A stretch of DNA of 64,000 nucleotides from Bryobacteraceae bacterium (GTDB lineage: Bacteria; Acidobacteriota; Terriglobia; Bryobacterales; Bryobacteraceae). The stretch's first letter is position 1, and every line of letters begins with the position of its first letter. The notes beneath the pieces were generated by a model that was not told the DNA's origin, did no database searches, and worked only from the letters and a program-made list of their open reading frames with translations. This document shows positions 21,312-30,979 of this stretch, one piece after another. The position numbers were made by a program, and so were the translations under genes. The stretch spans positions 182 to 64,181 of the forward strand of contig DATJWO010000046.1 in the NCBI GenBank assembly GCA_035501155.1, read 5' to 3'.

Positions 21312-22472
21312 CTAGACCACTTCGAAGATGAGGCACTTCAGATAGAGAGTCTCTGGTACTGTGAGCAGCACCGGGTGGTCCTGACTCTGCATGCGGCGCT
21401 CCAGCACCCGCAGTTTTCGCCCGGTGTCCAGCGACGCTTCCGCCACCAGTTCCAGCAGCGCCGCTTCGCTCAGGTGATGCGAACAGGAGCAGGTCACCAA
21501 CACTCCTGCCGGACTGAGCAGCTCGAGCGCCCGCCGGTTAATCTCCCGGTAGCCTCGCACGGCGGCTTCGAGATTTTGACGGGACTTCGCAAACGCGGGT
21601 GGATCCAGCACCACCAGGTCAAACCGGCGGCGCGCGCCGGCGTAGCCCGCCAACAGATCGAAGACATCCGCCTCCCGAAATTCCACGTTGGTGATGCCAT
21701 TGGCGGCCGCATTGCGCCGCGCGATTGCCAGGCTCGCCTCCGAACTGTCCACCGCCTCCACCGATTCGGCGTGAAGTGCCAGGTGCAGAGCGAAGCCGCC
21801 CGTCGAGGTGAAACAGTCCAGCACTCGTCCACGTGCGTAGCGGGCCGCTGCCAGGTAGTTCTCCCGCTGGTCCAGAAAAATGCCGGTCTTCTGCCCATGC
21901 AGCAGGTCCGCATGAAGCGTGAGACCGTTCATCCGGATGCCCACCATCTCGGGAACCTCGCCCGCCAGCACCCCGGTTTCCAGCGGCAGCGACTCGCGCT
22001 TGCGCACCGCCACGTCGTTGCGCTCCACAATGCCGCGCGGTGCGAACAGCTCCTCGATCGAGCTCAGGATCTCGGCCTTGACGCGGTCCATGCCCTGATC
22101 CAGGGTTTGCAAGGTGAAGTAGGCGCCGTAGCGGTCGATCACCAGGCCGGGAAGTTGGTCGGCTTCGCCGTAGACCAGCCGGTAGGCTTCCGAATCCTGG
22201 ACGACCCGTTCCCGGTACGCCTGCGCGGCCGCAATCCGCTGCTGATAGAACGCCCGGTCAATCGTCTCCGCACGCTCGGAGAGCAATCGCAGCGAAATCT
22301 GTGAGGAGGCGCTGTAATGCGCGGTCCCCAGCGCAGTGCCTTGCGGGCCGACAACCAACACCGCCTCGCCGGCGCCCGCCTGTCCGCGATCCAACACGTC
22401 GCTCGCAAAAATCCAGGGATGGCCGGAGGCGATCCGGGAGGCGCCTTTCCTGGTGACTCGTACGGTGTGCAA
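21312..22472 (-). CDS. Class I SAM-dependent rRNA methyltransferase with PUA-like N-terminus (RlmI/RlmK-like)
   Basis: 386 aa. Motifs: RIASGHPWIFASDV (PUA region), VLDCFTSTGGFALH (SAM motif I) and LVVLDPPAFAKS. Confidence 0.8.
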   Translation of the reverse strand: MHTVRVTRKGASRIASGHPWIFASDVLDRGQAGAGEAVLVVGPQGTALGTAHYSASSQISLRLLSERAETIDRAFYQQRIAAAQAYRERVVQDSEAYRLVYGEADQLPGLVIDRYGAYFTLQTLDQGMDRVKAEILSSIEELFAPRGIVERNDVAVRKRESLPLETGVLAGEVPEMVGIRMNGLTLHADLLHGQKTGIFLDQRENYLAAARYARGRVLDCFTSTGGFALHLALHAESVEAVDSSEASLAIARRNAAANGITNVEFREADVFDLLAGYAGARRRFDLVVLDPPAFAKSRQNLEAAVRGYREINRRALELLSPAGVLVTCSCSHHLSEAALLELVAEASLDTGRKLRVLERRMQSQDHPVLLTVPETLYLKCLIFEVV

Positions 22473-22561
22473 TTCTCCAGTCTAAGGTGTTAAATCGAGC
22501 AATGTAACGTAGCGCGCGGCGGTTTTTCGCGTTAATCTCGACTTAGTCAACTGGTTGCGCT

Positions 22562-24529
22562 ATGAGAACTTTCCTCCTTGGCGGCTTGTTTGTCTCAACG
22601 ATCGCGTTCGCGCAGACTCCCCAATTCACCATCCAGGACCTGGGGCAGCTCACGGACTTGCCCTACTGCCGGGCCACGGCGATCAGCCAGTCCGGCAACG
22701 TCGTGGGCTATTGCCTGCCCGACGCAAACCTGTCCCTGTTGAGTGCCACGGGGAGTCCCCCGGTCGACGCGTTTTTGTATACCAATGGCGCGATGCAGGA
22801 CTTAAACCTCACCACGTTCCAGACGCCGGTGCCGACCGCCGTCAACGACTCCGGGGTGGTCACCGGAGCATACCTGGACATCAACTTCGCCGCCGGTAGC
22901 TCCGCCAACCCATTCGTAGTTCAGAGCGACGGCACGTCTCAACTCCTGGAAGGCAAGCTGGAAGGCCTGCTGCCGCTGGGCTTGAACGACTCTGGCCAGA
23001 TTATTGGCACTCAGCTGAACATTGCCTCGGGGTTTGATTTCGTTCTCTACAGCCGGGCTCTGCTGACTACTGTCGCCGGCGCCGGCTCCAGCCCAACGAT
23101 TCTGCCTCCTGCGCCAGGCATCTTCGGAACTCCAACTGCGATCGCGTTCGGCGAGAGTCAGGCCAATAACTGGGTGGCGGGGGCAAGTGTTGGTCCCGGC
23201 ACGTTCGTTCAGGCCATGCTGTGGAAGAACCAGGTCCCGCAGCTCCTTCCGGTGCTATCCCAGAACGGCGTCCCAATCTATTCGCAAAGCCTCGCCACCG
23301 CTGTGAACGATTCCGGTATGGCTGCCGGAGTCGCCTTCGACATGGACCTCGATAGCACCACGAACCCCGTGCCCGGCTCCCTCGCCCATGCGGTTCTTTA
23401 CAGCAATGGAACAGTGACGGACATAGGCACGCTGGAGGGCGACAAAAGCAGCATCGCGCTCGGAATCAATAATTCCGGTTGGGTGGTGGGCTTTAGCGAC
23501 AACCAGCCTCCGCCTTTGGGTCTCAGCCTGGCGCCACTACTGGCCGCTTCCAAGTCCGGGTTCCATGCGTTTCTATATGCCAACGGCACGATGTACAACC
23601 TGGGCCAGCTGATACCGGGCACATCCGGTTGGCAGCTGGTTTGGGCCACCCAGATCAATAACGCGGGTCAGATCGTTGGGACCGGCATTTACCAGGGGCA
23701 GGAGCGCGCGTTCCTACTCACGCCTGTGGCGGCGCCCGCGCCTCCGCAAATCACTAGCGTAGTGGGTGCGGCGAACAGCGTGCCGCCGGTCACGGGCGTT
23801 TCCACTAACAGTCTCTTTACCTTGTACGGAACCAGCTTCGCGGGCCAGTCCGTGTCGCGCGCCGTAACATCTTCAGACTTGTTGAATAACGGCACAGCGC
23901 TTCCCACGAACCTCGCCAGTACTTGCGTCGAAAGCAATGGCACGCGATGGCCTCTGCTATATGTATCGGCTGCGCAGATCAACGCGCTCGCGCCCGGCGT
24001 TCCCACCTCGGGAACGGTTCCGGTTTCCGTCGTCGCCAATTGCGACACAGGGAATGACGTGACCTCGGCAGCAGTGAATGTGAACGTGGCGGCCTCCACG
24101 CCCGAGTTCCTGTACTTCGTTGCGAATCAGAATGGACAAAACCCGGTGGCGGCGATTGAAAACGCCACTGGTGCTTACGTCGGCACTCCGAGCCTGCTCT
24201 CCGGGGCCACTTTCGCCCCCGCCCATCCTGGCGATGTCCTGGCGGCGTTTGGCGTCGGATGGGGCGCTACCGAGTCCACCGATCCCATTGGCACGCTCGC
24301 GACCGCCGCGGCCAATGTCATTGGAAACTACTCGCTCACCGTGGGCGGCCAGGACGCCAAGGTGCTGTATGTGGGACTAACGCCAGGCTTCGCCGGCTTG
24401 TACCAGGTGGATTTTGTCGTTCCGGCATTGCCGGCGGGCAGCGGGACGGGCCCGTTCAATCAGACGCTGGTCCTGACCGTCAACGGTGTGACGACGCCCA
24501 CCGGCGGCTACATCACCGTCATGCCGTAG
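22562..24529 (+). CDS. Secreted HAF-family extracellular repeat protein with TIGR03437-like C-terminal domain
   Basis: Signal peptide MRTFLLGGLFVSTIAFAQ. Recurrent (A/G)(V/I)N(D/N)SG.(V/I)(V/T/I)G units (AVNDSGVVTG, GLNDSGQIIG, GINNSGWVVG, QINNAGQIVG). C-terminus ...YVGLTPGFAGLYQVDFVVP... as in the Solibacter-type C-terminal domain. Confidence 0.75.
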   Translation: MRTFLLGGLFVSTIAFAQTPQFTIQDLGQLTDLPYCRATAISQSGNVVGYCLPDANLSLLSATGSPPVDAFLYTNGAMQDLNLTTFQTPVPTAVNDSGVVTGAYLDINFAAGSSANPFVVQSDGTSQLLEGKLEGLLPLGLNDSGQIIGTQLNIASGFDFVLYSRALLTTVAGAGSSPTILPPAPGIFGTPTAIAFGESQANNWVAGASVGPGTFVQAMLWKNQVPQLLPVLSQNGVPIYSQSLATAVNDSGMAAGVAFDMDLDSTTNPVPGSLAHAVLYSNGTVTDIGTLEGDKSSIALGINNSGWVVGFSDNQPPPLGLSLAPLLAASKSGFHAFLYANGTMYNLGQLIPGTSGWQLVWATQINNAGQIVGTGIYQGQERAFLLTPVAAPAPPQITSVVGAANSVPPVTGVSTNSLFTLYGTSFAGQSVSRAVTSSDLLNNGTALPTNLASTCVESNGTRWPLLYVSAAQINALAPGVPTSGTVPVSVVANCDTGNDVTSAAVNVNVAASTPEFLYFVANQNGQNPVAAIENATGAYVGTPSLLSGATFAPAHPGDVLAAFGVGWGATESTDPIGTLATAAANVIGNYSLTVGGQDAKVLYVGLTPGFAGLYQVDFVVPALPAGSGTGPFNQTLVLTVNGVTTPTGGYITVMP

Positions 24530-24532
24530 CTT

Positions 24533-25384
24533 TCAAACGCTCCGTCGCATCGCCTCCAGGCGCGCGATGCGGTCTTCGGTGGAGGGATGCGTCGAAAAGA
24601 GCCGCGTCAGACCTGCGGCTGAAAAAGGCTTGACGATAAACAGATGCTGCGTGGCCGGATTCACGTCCGCCATCGGAATCCGCTGCGACCAGGTTTCCAG
24701 CTTGCCCAGCGCCGAGATCAGTTCATCCGGATTGTGCGTCACGCGCGCGGATGTTTCGTCCGCGGCGTACTCGCGCGTGCGCGAGATGGCCATCTGGATG
24801 AGCATCGCGGCGAACGGCGCCAGGATCAGCATCATCAGTGCGGCGTAGGGATTGCCGCGCTCGTCGTCATCGCGGCTTCCGCCAAACCAGAACGCCATGC
24901 GCGCCAGGAACGTAATGGCCGCGGCAATTGTGGCGGCGATCGAGCTGGTCAGGATGTCGCGATTCTTCACGTGCCCCAGCTCGTGCGCGACCACGCCTTC
25001 CAGCTCTGAGTCATTCATCAATTGCAAGACACCCGCTGTGAAGGCCACCGACGCGTGTTCCGGATTGCGGCCGGTCGCGAACGCATTGGGCGAGGGATCC
25101 TGGATCAGCCAGAGCTTGGGCATCGGCAGGCCCATACGATGCGTCAGGCTCTGGACTAGAGGAAACACGCGCGCATATATGTCGCTATTCTCGGTTGGCG
25201 TCACCGGCTGTGCCGAATACATCGACAAGGCCATCTTGTCGGAGAAAAAGTAACCAAAGAAATTCATCGCTACAGCGATGGCCAGCGCGGTGTAGAGCCC
25301 GTTGCGCCCGCCGAAAACCTCGCCGCCGGCGAGCAGCAAACCACTCATGACGCCCAGTAGGAGTACGGTCTTCACGCTGTTCAT
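24533..25384 (-). CDS. htpX: Zinc metalloprotease HtpX (M48 family)
   Basis: 283 aa. TM helices plus HELGHVKNRD (HExxH) and a family-typical C-terminus ...FSTHPSTEDRIARL. Confidence 0.93.
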   Translation of the reverse strand: MNSVKTVLLLGVMSGLLLAGGEVFGGRNGLYTALAIAVAMNFFGYFFSDKMALSMYSAQPVTPTENSDIYARVFPLVQSLTHRMGLPMPKLWLIQDPSPNAFATGRNPEHASVAFTAGVLQLMNDSELEGVVAHELGHVKNRDILTSSIAATIAAAITFLARMAFWFGGSRDDDERGNPYAALMMLILAPFAAMLIQMAISRTREYAADETSARVTHNPDELISALGKLETWSQRIPMADVNPATQHLFIVKPFSAAGLTRLFSTHPSTEDRIARLEAMRRSV

Positions 25385-25440
25385 AAATTTTGTTTGGTGC
25401 TCACTTCTTTTGATTATCGCAGGCAGGGCGACGGTGGCAG

Positions 25441-25473
25441 AAAACGGAGTGGGGCGGTACCAAAGACCGCCCC
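25441..25473 (-). terminator. Candidate intrinsic terminator downstream of hsp20
   Basis: On the minus strand GGGGCGGT-ctttggt-ACCGCCCC is followed by ACTCCGTTTT. The U-tract is not immediately adjacent to the stem. Confidence 0.4.
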
Positions 25474-25486
25474 AGCAAAGAGAGGA

Positions 25487-25933
25487 TTAGTTGTTACTGA
25501 CTTGCACTTTAATGGCTCGCGGTTTGGCGATCTCCTTCTTGGGGAGACTTACCGTCAGGACACCCGCGTTATATTCGGCTTTCACCTTTTCCGGGTCAAC
25601 CGTGTCCGGCAGGGTGAAATAACGCACGAACGAACCATAGCTGCGCTCCAGACGATGGAAGCCCTTGTCCTTCTCTTCCTTCTCGAAGCGGCGCTCGCCC
25701 TTGATGGTCAGAGTGCCGTTCTCCAGCTGAATGTCGATGTCCTTCATCTCCACGCCGGGAACGTCGGCCTTCAGAACTAACTCATTCTCTGTCTCCAGGA
25801 TATCGACGGCCGGCGTCCAGGGACGAGCCGTAGTCTGATCGCTAAACAGCCGATTGATGCTGTCCTGGAACAGGCGCATTCCGGTGCCGAAGTCCTCTGT
25901 GTCGGCGAAAGGCGAGTATTTCACAATAGGCAT
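25487..25933 (-). CDS. Hsp20/alpha-crystallin family small heat-shock protein
   Basis: Start moved to the internal ATG (MPIVKYSPF...), which is preceded by AAGGAGG 12 nt upstream. The alpha-crystallin core reads ...VLKADVPGVEMKDIDIQLENGTLTIKGER...G.F.R.F.LP..VD..K..A.Y..GVL.V.LPK. Confidence 0.92.
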   Translation of the reverse strand: MPIVKYSPFADTEDFGTGMRLFQDSINRLFSDQTTARPWTPAVDILETENELVLKADVPGVEMKDIDIQLENGTLTIKGERRFEKEEKDKGFHRLERSYGSFVRYFTLPDTVDPEKVKAEYNAGVLTVSLPKKEIAKPRAIKVQVSNN

Positions 25934-25970
25934 AAACCTTCGAACCTCCTTGTATGTTACTGTCAACACC

Positions 25971-25999
25971 AGTATAAAAAGTTAGTGTATGATTGTCAA
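25971..25999 (-). promoter_or_regulatory. Near-consensus sigma70-type promoter for hsp20
   Basis: On the minus strand, TTGACA (25999-25994), a 17-nt spacer, then TATACT (25976-25971). It sits in the only strongly AT-rich intergenic tract of this part of the window. Confidence 0.5.
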
Positions 26000-26134
26000 G
26001 TTATATGATGTTAAAAAAATATTGACACGCCTCTATCTACGACCGAAAAGGTCCGCTATACTGTCTTTGGAGACCGTACCCCATAGGACCTCAGGCCCTT
26101 GACGTGCTTGACCAAGACCACGGATACTGATTCC

Positions 26135-26449
26135 ATGCTGCAAATGAGTGTCAACAGGGAGTCCAGCAGCGGCCGGCGCACTGGTTTTGCGGCCCACACA
26201 CTCGCGCAGCTTCCTCAAGGCCAGTCCGGCATCCTCGATCGCCTCGATTTGCCCGAAGACATCGCGCGCCGCCTGATGGAACTCGGCTTCCTGCCAGGCC
26301 ACTCGATCGTCCCGGCTCGCAGCGCGCCGGGAGGAGAACCCCGCGTTTATCGCGTGGATGGCTCCGAAGTAGCATTGCGCCGCGAAACCGCCTCGCGCAT
26401 TATCTTGAGGCCGCCCGCCAAGGGCGTGGGGAGAGCCACTGAGCCATGA
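26135..26449 (+). CDS. feoA: Ferrous iron transport protein A
   Basis: FeoA SH3-like pattern: L..L..GQSGILDRL......ARRLMELGFLPG..I......PGGEP....VDGSEVALRRETASRI. The start is uncertain (ATG 26135 or 26144; the track ORF begins at 26099). Confidence 0.8.
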   Translation: MLQMSVNRESSSGRRTGFAAHTLAQLPQGQSGILDRLDLPEDIARRLMELGFLPGHSIVPARSAPGGEPRVYRVDGSEVALRRETASRIILRPPAKGVGRATEP

Positions 26450-28368
26450 GCGATTGCCACAGTTGCGAAGGTTGCTCGGTTGCCGTCGCGCCACCGCCGA
26501 ATGCCAAAGGCACGCGCGCGCACGTGGTGGCGATCATCGGCCCGCCCAACTCCGGCAAATCGACTTTATTCAACCGCCTCACAGGACTGCGCCAGAAAGT
26601 CGCCAATTTCCCGGGCGTCACCGTGGAGCAGCGCCTGGGCCGCGCGCGCATGCCGCACCTGGATCGCGAGGTCATTCTCGTCGATCTGCCCGGCGTCTAC
26701 AGCCTGAATCCGCGCTCGGAAGACGAGCAGGTGACCAATGATGTCTTGCAGGGCACCATGCCCGGTCTTCCCAAGCCCGACGCCGTCCTGCTGATTCTGG
26801 ACTGCACGAACCTTGGCCGCCACCTGGTGCTGGCCGCGCCGATCCTCAGCCTGAAGTTGCCGACGCTGGTGATCCTGAACATGGCCGACGACCTGCGAAG
26901 CCGCGGCGGCCAGGTGGATACCGCCGAACTGGCCAGTGAACTCGGCGCGCCCGTCGCGCTCATCAGCGCCTCCAAGGGCGAAGGCATCGAAAAAGTCTTC
27001 CAGTTCATGGAAGGCACCTCGGGAGGAACCACTTCGCTCACGCCGCCCAAAGTGGAACTGCCGGTTTTGCAGGACATCCCGCGCTGCCGCCAGTGGGCGC
27101 ACCGTGTTGGCGAAGGCGCAGCGTACCACGCCCCTGCACCGCCGATGTGGACGCGGCGGCTGGACGCTATCTTCCTGCAGCCGGTCATGGGCCCATTGAT
27201 TTTCATCCTGGTGGTCGCCGGAGTTTTTCAAACCATCTTCGCCGGCGCGAAACCGCTCATGGACGGCCTGCAGGATCTCATCACGGATTCCGGGCTGTGG
27301 ATCGGAAACATTCTGCCTGCCTCCATCTTCCGCTCGCTCCTGGTGGATGGTATTTGGAAGGGTGTCGGCACGGTCATTGTCTTCCTGCCGCAGATTCTGC
27401 TGTTGTTCCTCTTCATCGGAGTCCTGGAAGACTCCGGCTATTTGGCGCGCGCCGCCCTCATCGCCGACCGCACCATGGCGAAATTCGGCCTCCAAGGCAA
27501 ATCGTTCATCCCGCTGATTTCGGCCTACGCCTGCGCGGTGCCGGCTATCATGGCCACGCGCACCATCGAGAACAAGCGCGACCGCCTGGCCACGATCCTG
27601 ATCGCGCCCTTCATGACCTGTTCGGCGCGACTCCCCATCTACACGCTGATCATCGCTGCCTTCATTCCCAGCCATCCGCTGCTGGGCGGACTGTTCGGTA
27701 CGCAGGCGGCCTCTCTGCTCGGGCTTTACGTTCTCGGTTTCGCCGCAGCGATCACCACCGCGCGCGTGCTGAAATCCTCCGTGCTCAGGAGCGAGCGCGT
27801 TCCGTTCGTTCTCGAAATGCCGCCGTATCGCTGGCCTACTCTGCGGTCTCTGGGACTGCGACTGGTTGACCGTTCCAAGGTCTTCCTGCGCCGCGCTGGC
27901 ACGGTCATCCTGCTGGTGATCGTTGTGCTGTGGGTGCTCGAAAACCTGCCAGTGAAAAACGGCCAGCCGCCGCCAATCGAAGACAGTTTCGCCGGGATGA
28001 TCGGCCACGCGGTCGAACCCGCCATCAAGCCGCTCGGCTTCAACTGGAAGATCGGCATCGGCTTGGTCAGCTCCATTGCCGCGCGCGAAGTGATCGTGGG
28101 CACGCTCGGTACCATCTACGGCAAGGAAGGCGACGAGAAGTCGAAGGGCCTGCAGCAGGCCGTGCGCGGAGATCTCAGCCCCGGCGGCGCCATCGCGTTG
28201 CTGGTGTTCTTCGCCTTCGCCATGCAGTGCATGTCGACGGTCGCCGTGGTGCGCCGCGAAACCGGCGGCTGGCGCTGGCCCGCCATCCAGTTCGCCTACA
28301 TGACGTTCCTGGCCTACCTGTGCGCGATGATCACCAACCAGGTGGTGCGTTCCGGCATCTTCACCTGA
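26446..28368 (+). CDS. feoB: Ferrous iron transporter B
   Basis: 640 aa with ATGA overlap onto feoA. G-domain motifs GPPNSGKSTLFN (G1), VDLPG (G3) and LNMAD (G4), followed by a polytopic membrane domain. Confidence 0.95.
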   Translation: MSDCHSCEGCSVAVAPPPNAKGTRAHVVAIIGPPNSGKSTLFNRLTGLRQKVANFPGVTVEQRLGRARMPHLDREVILVDLPGVYSLNPRSEDEQVTNDVLQGTMPGLPKPDAVLLILDCTNLGRHLVLAAPILSLKLPTLVILNMADDLRSRGGQVDTAELASELGAPVALISASKGEGIEKVFQFMEGTSGGTTSLTPPKVELPVLQDIPRCRQWAHRVGEGAAYHAPAPPMWTRRLDAIFLQPVMGPLIFILVVAGVFQTIFAGAKPLMDGLQDLITDSGLWIGNILPASIFRSLLVDGIWKGVGTVIVFLPQILLLFLFIGVLEDSGYLARAALIADRTMAKFGLQGKSFIPLISAYACAVPAIMATRTIENKRDRLATILIAPFMTCSARLPIYTLIIAAFIPSHPLLGGLFGTQAASLLGLYVLGFAAAITTARVLKSSVLRSERVPFVLEMPPYRWPTLRSLGLRLVDRSKVFLRRAGTVILLVIVVLWVLENLPVKNGQPPPIEDSFAGMIGHAVEPAIKPLGFNWKIGIGLVSSIAAREVIVGTLGTIYGKEGDEKSKGLQQAVRGDLSPGGAIALLVFFAFAMQCMSTVAVVRRETGGWRWPAIQFAYMTFLAYLCAMITNQVVRSGIFT

Positions 28369-28419
28369 TTTCGCTGCGACTTACTCGGCCATAACATCGT
28401 CTGTTAGCATAGGACTTCC

Positions 28420-29346
28420 ATGCTTCGCGACGTCATCATTATCGGCTCTGGGTGCGCCGGAAACACGGCTGCCATCTACACTGCGCGCGCCAATCTGAAA
28501 CCGCTCGTGGTTGCCGGGCACGAGCCGGGCGGCCAGCTTTCGCTCACCACGCTGGTGGAGAATTTCCCGGGATTCCCCGAGGGCATCGACGGCCCGGCGC
28601 TGGTGGAGAACATCAAGAAGCAGGCCGAGCATTTTGGCGCCGAGTACTTGCACGGCACGGTCGTGGAAGCGAATCTCTCGCAGCGGCCCTTTCAATTGAA
28701 GGTCGACAACGAATGGCACGAAGCGCGGACACTGATCATCGCGTCCGGCGCTTCGGCGCGCTGGCTCAATCTTCCCAACGAGCAGAAGCTCATCGGCCAC
28801 GGCGTCAGCTCCTGCGCCACTTGCGATGGCTTCTTCTATCGCGGCAAGCAGATCATGGTGATCGGCGGCGGCGACACCGCCATGGAAGAGGCCAATTTTC
28901 TGACAAGGTTCGGTGAGAAGGTCGCGCTGGTGCATCGCCGCGATACCTTCCGCGCGTCCCGGATCATGCTGGAGCGCGTGCGCAACAATCCCAAAATCGA
29001 GTTGATCACCGACACGGTGGTGGACGACGTCTACGACACGACCAAGAACCTCGTGACCCACGTCAAGCTGCGCAACATCAAGACCGGCCAAACCTGGGAG
29101 CGCGACGTGGACGGCTTTTTCGTCGCGATCGGCCATATCCCCAACACCAAGCCGTTCGTGGGCCAGATCGAACTCGATCCGGACGGGTACATCATCTCGA
29201 AGGGCGGCGCGCGGACCAGCGTCACGGGTGTTTTTCATGCGGGCGACGTGCAGGACCGGACTTATCGCCAGGCAATCACCGCCGCCGGCGCCGGATGCAT
29301 GGCCGCCATCGAGGCCGAGCGGTTCCTGGAACACGAAGGGCACTAA
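28420..29346 (+). CDS. trxB: Thioredoxin-disulfide reductase
   Basis: 308 aa. Motifs: IIIGSGCAGNTAA (FAD), CATCDG redox pair, GGGDTAMEEA (NADPH) and GVFHAGDV. Confidence 0.95.
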   Translation: MLRDVIIIGSGCAGNTAAIYTARANLKPLVVAGHEPGGQLSLTTLVENFPGFPEGIDGPALVENIKKQAEHFGAEYLHGTVVEANLSQRPFQLKVDNEWHEARTLIIASGASARWLNLPNEQKLIGHGVSSCATCDGFFYRGKQIMVIGGGDTAMEEANFLTRFGEKVALVHRRDTFRASRIMLERVRNNPKIELITDTVVDDVYDTTKNLVTHVKLRNIKTGQTWERDVDGFFVAIGHIPNTKPFVGQIELDPDGYIISKGGARTSVTGVFHAGDVQDRTYRQAITAAGAGCMAAIEAERFLEHEGH

Positions 29347-29394
29347 CCCTTTCACCCTGCTGCAAACGCTCCCTGGCGCGTATACAATCTCTCC

Positions 29395-29958
29395 ATGCGC
29401 AAGGTCATCCTCCTGGCCGGCATCACTCTCGACGGCTATCTCGCCCGAGCCGACGACAGCATCGACTATCTCGAGATGACCAAAGAAGGCGAGAAGGACC
29501 TCACCGCCCTCTTCGCGTCCGCCGACACCCTCATCATGGGCCGTAAGACCTTCGACGTCTCGCTGAAGCTGGGGGGCGGGACCTACCAGCCGCCCGGCCC
29601 CAAGACCGAAACCTTCGTCTTCACCCGGTCGCAACCGCCCGGCGAGCGCGGTGGCGTCACCTTCACCCGCCAATCTCCGTCAGCGTTGCTCAAGCGACTC
29701 CGCGCCCGCCGCGGTAAGCACATCCTCCACATGGGCGGCGGCGAACTGGCGCGCAGCTTCCTCAAAGCCGACCTCATTGATGAACTCGCTCTCGGCGTCG
29801 TCCCCATCCTGCTCGGCTCGGGCATCCCGCTCTTCCCCGCCGGCTTCCCGCAGCGCGACTTCACTTTGGTGGAAAATAGAACTTATTCGAAAAGTCAGAT
29901 CTATCTGACTTACCGGCGCATCCGCTCGAAGGCGAAGCGCAAAGGACGGAAAGCATGA
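29395..29958 (+). CDS. Dihydrofolate-reductase-like (RibD C-terminal domain) family protein
   Basis: 187 aa. MRKVILLAGITLDGYLAR...DTLIMGRKTF... is typical of the RibD_C fold. Confidence 0.75.
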   Translation: MRKVILLAGITLDGYLARADDSIDYLEMTKEGEKDLTALFASADTLIMGRKTFDVSLKLGGGTYQPPGPKTETFVFTRSQPPGERGGVTFTRQSPSALLKRLRARRGKHILHMGGGELARSFLKADLIDELALGVVPILLGSGIPLFPAGFPQRDFTLVENRTYSKSQIYLTYRRIRSKAKRKGRKA

Positions 29959-30968
29959 CACGGACATTCTGTTTCGCAGCAAGCCTGGGACTGGCGGCGG
30001 TCGCCGCGCTCGCCCAGACCGGCACTCCGACGGGCGCGATCAGTGGCAAGGTTTATGATTCCATCGGCGATCCGGTCGAAAAAGCCACCGTACAAGCCAA
30101 GAACGCGCAAACCGGCGCGACGTTCAAGGCCGTCAGTTCGAACGATGGCAAATACACGATCGAGCGCGTGCCCGCCGGCGTCTACGATGTCTCATCCGCA
30201 GTCCCCGCGCTGATGCCTTTCGCACGGAAGGACGTCGATGTGAAAGCGTCGGAAACCGCGACGCTCGACATCCACTTCAAGGACACCACGCAGCTCAATA
30301 CTCTGGGCGAAGATCGCGAGCACGCTCTCGCCGACATGAAGCGCCATGTGACCGACACCAGTCCGGCGCCGCGCACCGCTGACGGGCATCCCGACCTGTC
30401 GGGCGTCTGGTGGCGGCCCAACACCGTCGATCCCGGCCACCCCGAGTTCCTGCCCGCAGCGATGGCGATCACCAAGCAACGCCTCGCAGAGAACGGCAAA
30501 AGCAGCCCGCAGGCGCACTGTCTGCCTTCCGGCCCCTTGCGCTATGGCCCGCTCTGGGAGTTCGTCCAGAGCAAGGATTTCCTGGTTTATATCTCGGATG
30601 ACGAAAGCCCGGGCTTCCATCAGATTTATATCGACGGCCGCGGACATCCCGCCGATCCGAACCCCGCCTGGTACGGCCATTCCATCGGCCATTGGGACGG
30701 CGACACGCTGGTGGTGGATCGCGTGGCCTTCGACCCGCGCGTCTGGCTGGATCAAGCGTCGCACCCGCACTCCGACATGCTTCACATCGTCGAGCGCTAC
30801 CACCGCCGCGACGTCGGGCACATGGAGATCGAAACCACAGTCGACGATCCGGGCGTCTTAGCCAAGCCCTGGACCGTCAAAAGCGAGGCCGACCTGGCGC
30901 ACGAAGAAATCCTCGAGTTCATCTGCCAGGAAAACAATCGCGACATCACGCATCTGGTGGGCAAGTAA
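29955..30968 (+). CDS. Exported protein with N-terminal carboxypeptidase-regulatory-like domain; C-terminal domain unknown
   Basis: Signal peptide ...LGLAAVAALAQ, then ISGKVYDSIGDPVEKATVQAKNAQTG...DGKYTIERVPAGVYDV (CarboxypepD_reg signature). ATGA overlap with the upstream gene. Confidence 0.7.
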   Translation: MTRTFCFAASLGLAAVAALAQTGTPTGAISGKVYDSIGDPVEKATVQAKNAQTGATFKAVSSNDGKYTIERVPAGVYDVSSAVPALMPFARKDVDVKASETATLDIHFKDTTQLNTLGEDREHALADMKRHVTDTSPAPRTADGHPDLSGVWWRPNTVDPGHPEFLPAAMAITKQRLAENGKSSPQAHCLPSGPLRYGPLWEFVQSKDFLVYISDDESPGFHQIYIDGRGHPADPNPAWYGHSIGHWDGDTLVVDRVAFDPRVWLDQASHPHSDMLHIVERYHRRDVGHMEIETTVDDPGVLAKPWTVKSEADLAHEEILEFICQENNRDITHLVGK

Positions 30969-30979
30969 ACGCAGGCCCT

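Noticed and set aside
26123-26134. A possible Fur box (GATACTGATTCC) just upstream of feoA.
   Set aside because: It is only a partial half-site match to GATAATGATAATCATTATC. It cannot be distinguished from chance by eye.
30692-30979. A 96-aa N-terminal extension of the FAD monooxygenase ORF. Similar upstream extensions occur for mtnA (9582), rsmG (41778), purD, hsp20 and the GT2 at 61940.
   Set aside because: The extensions overlap the preceding genes and are Arg/Pro-rich. The family-typical N-termini begin at internal starts, which often form ATGA overlaps with the upstream stop.
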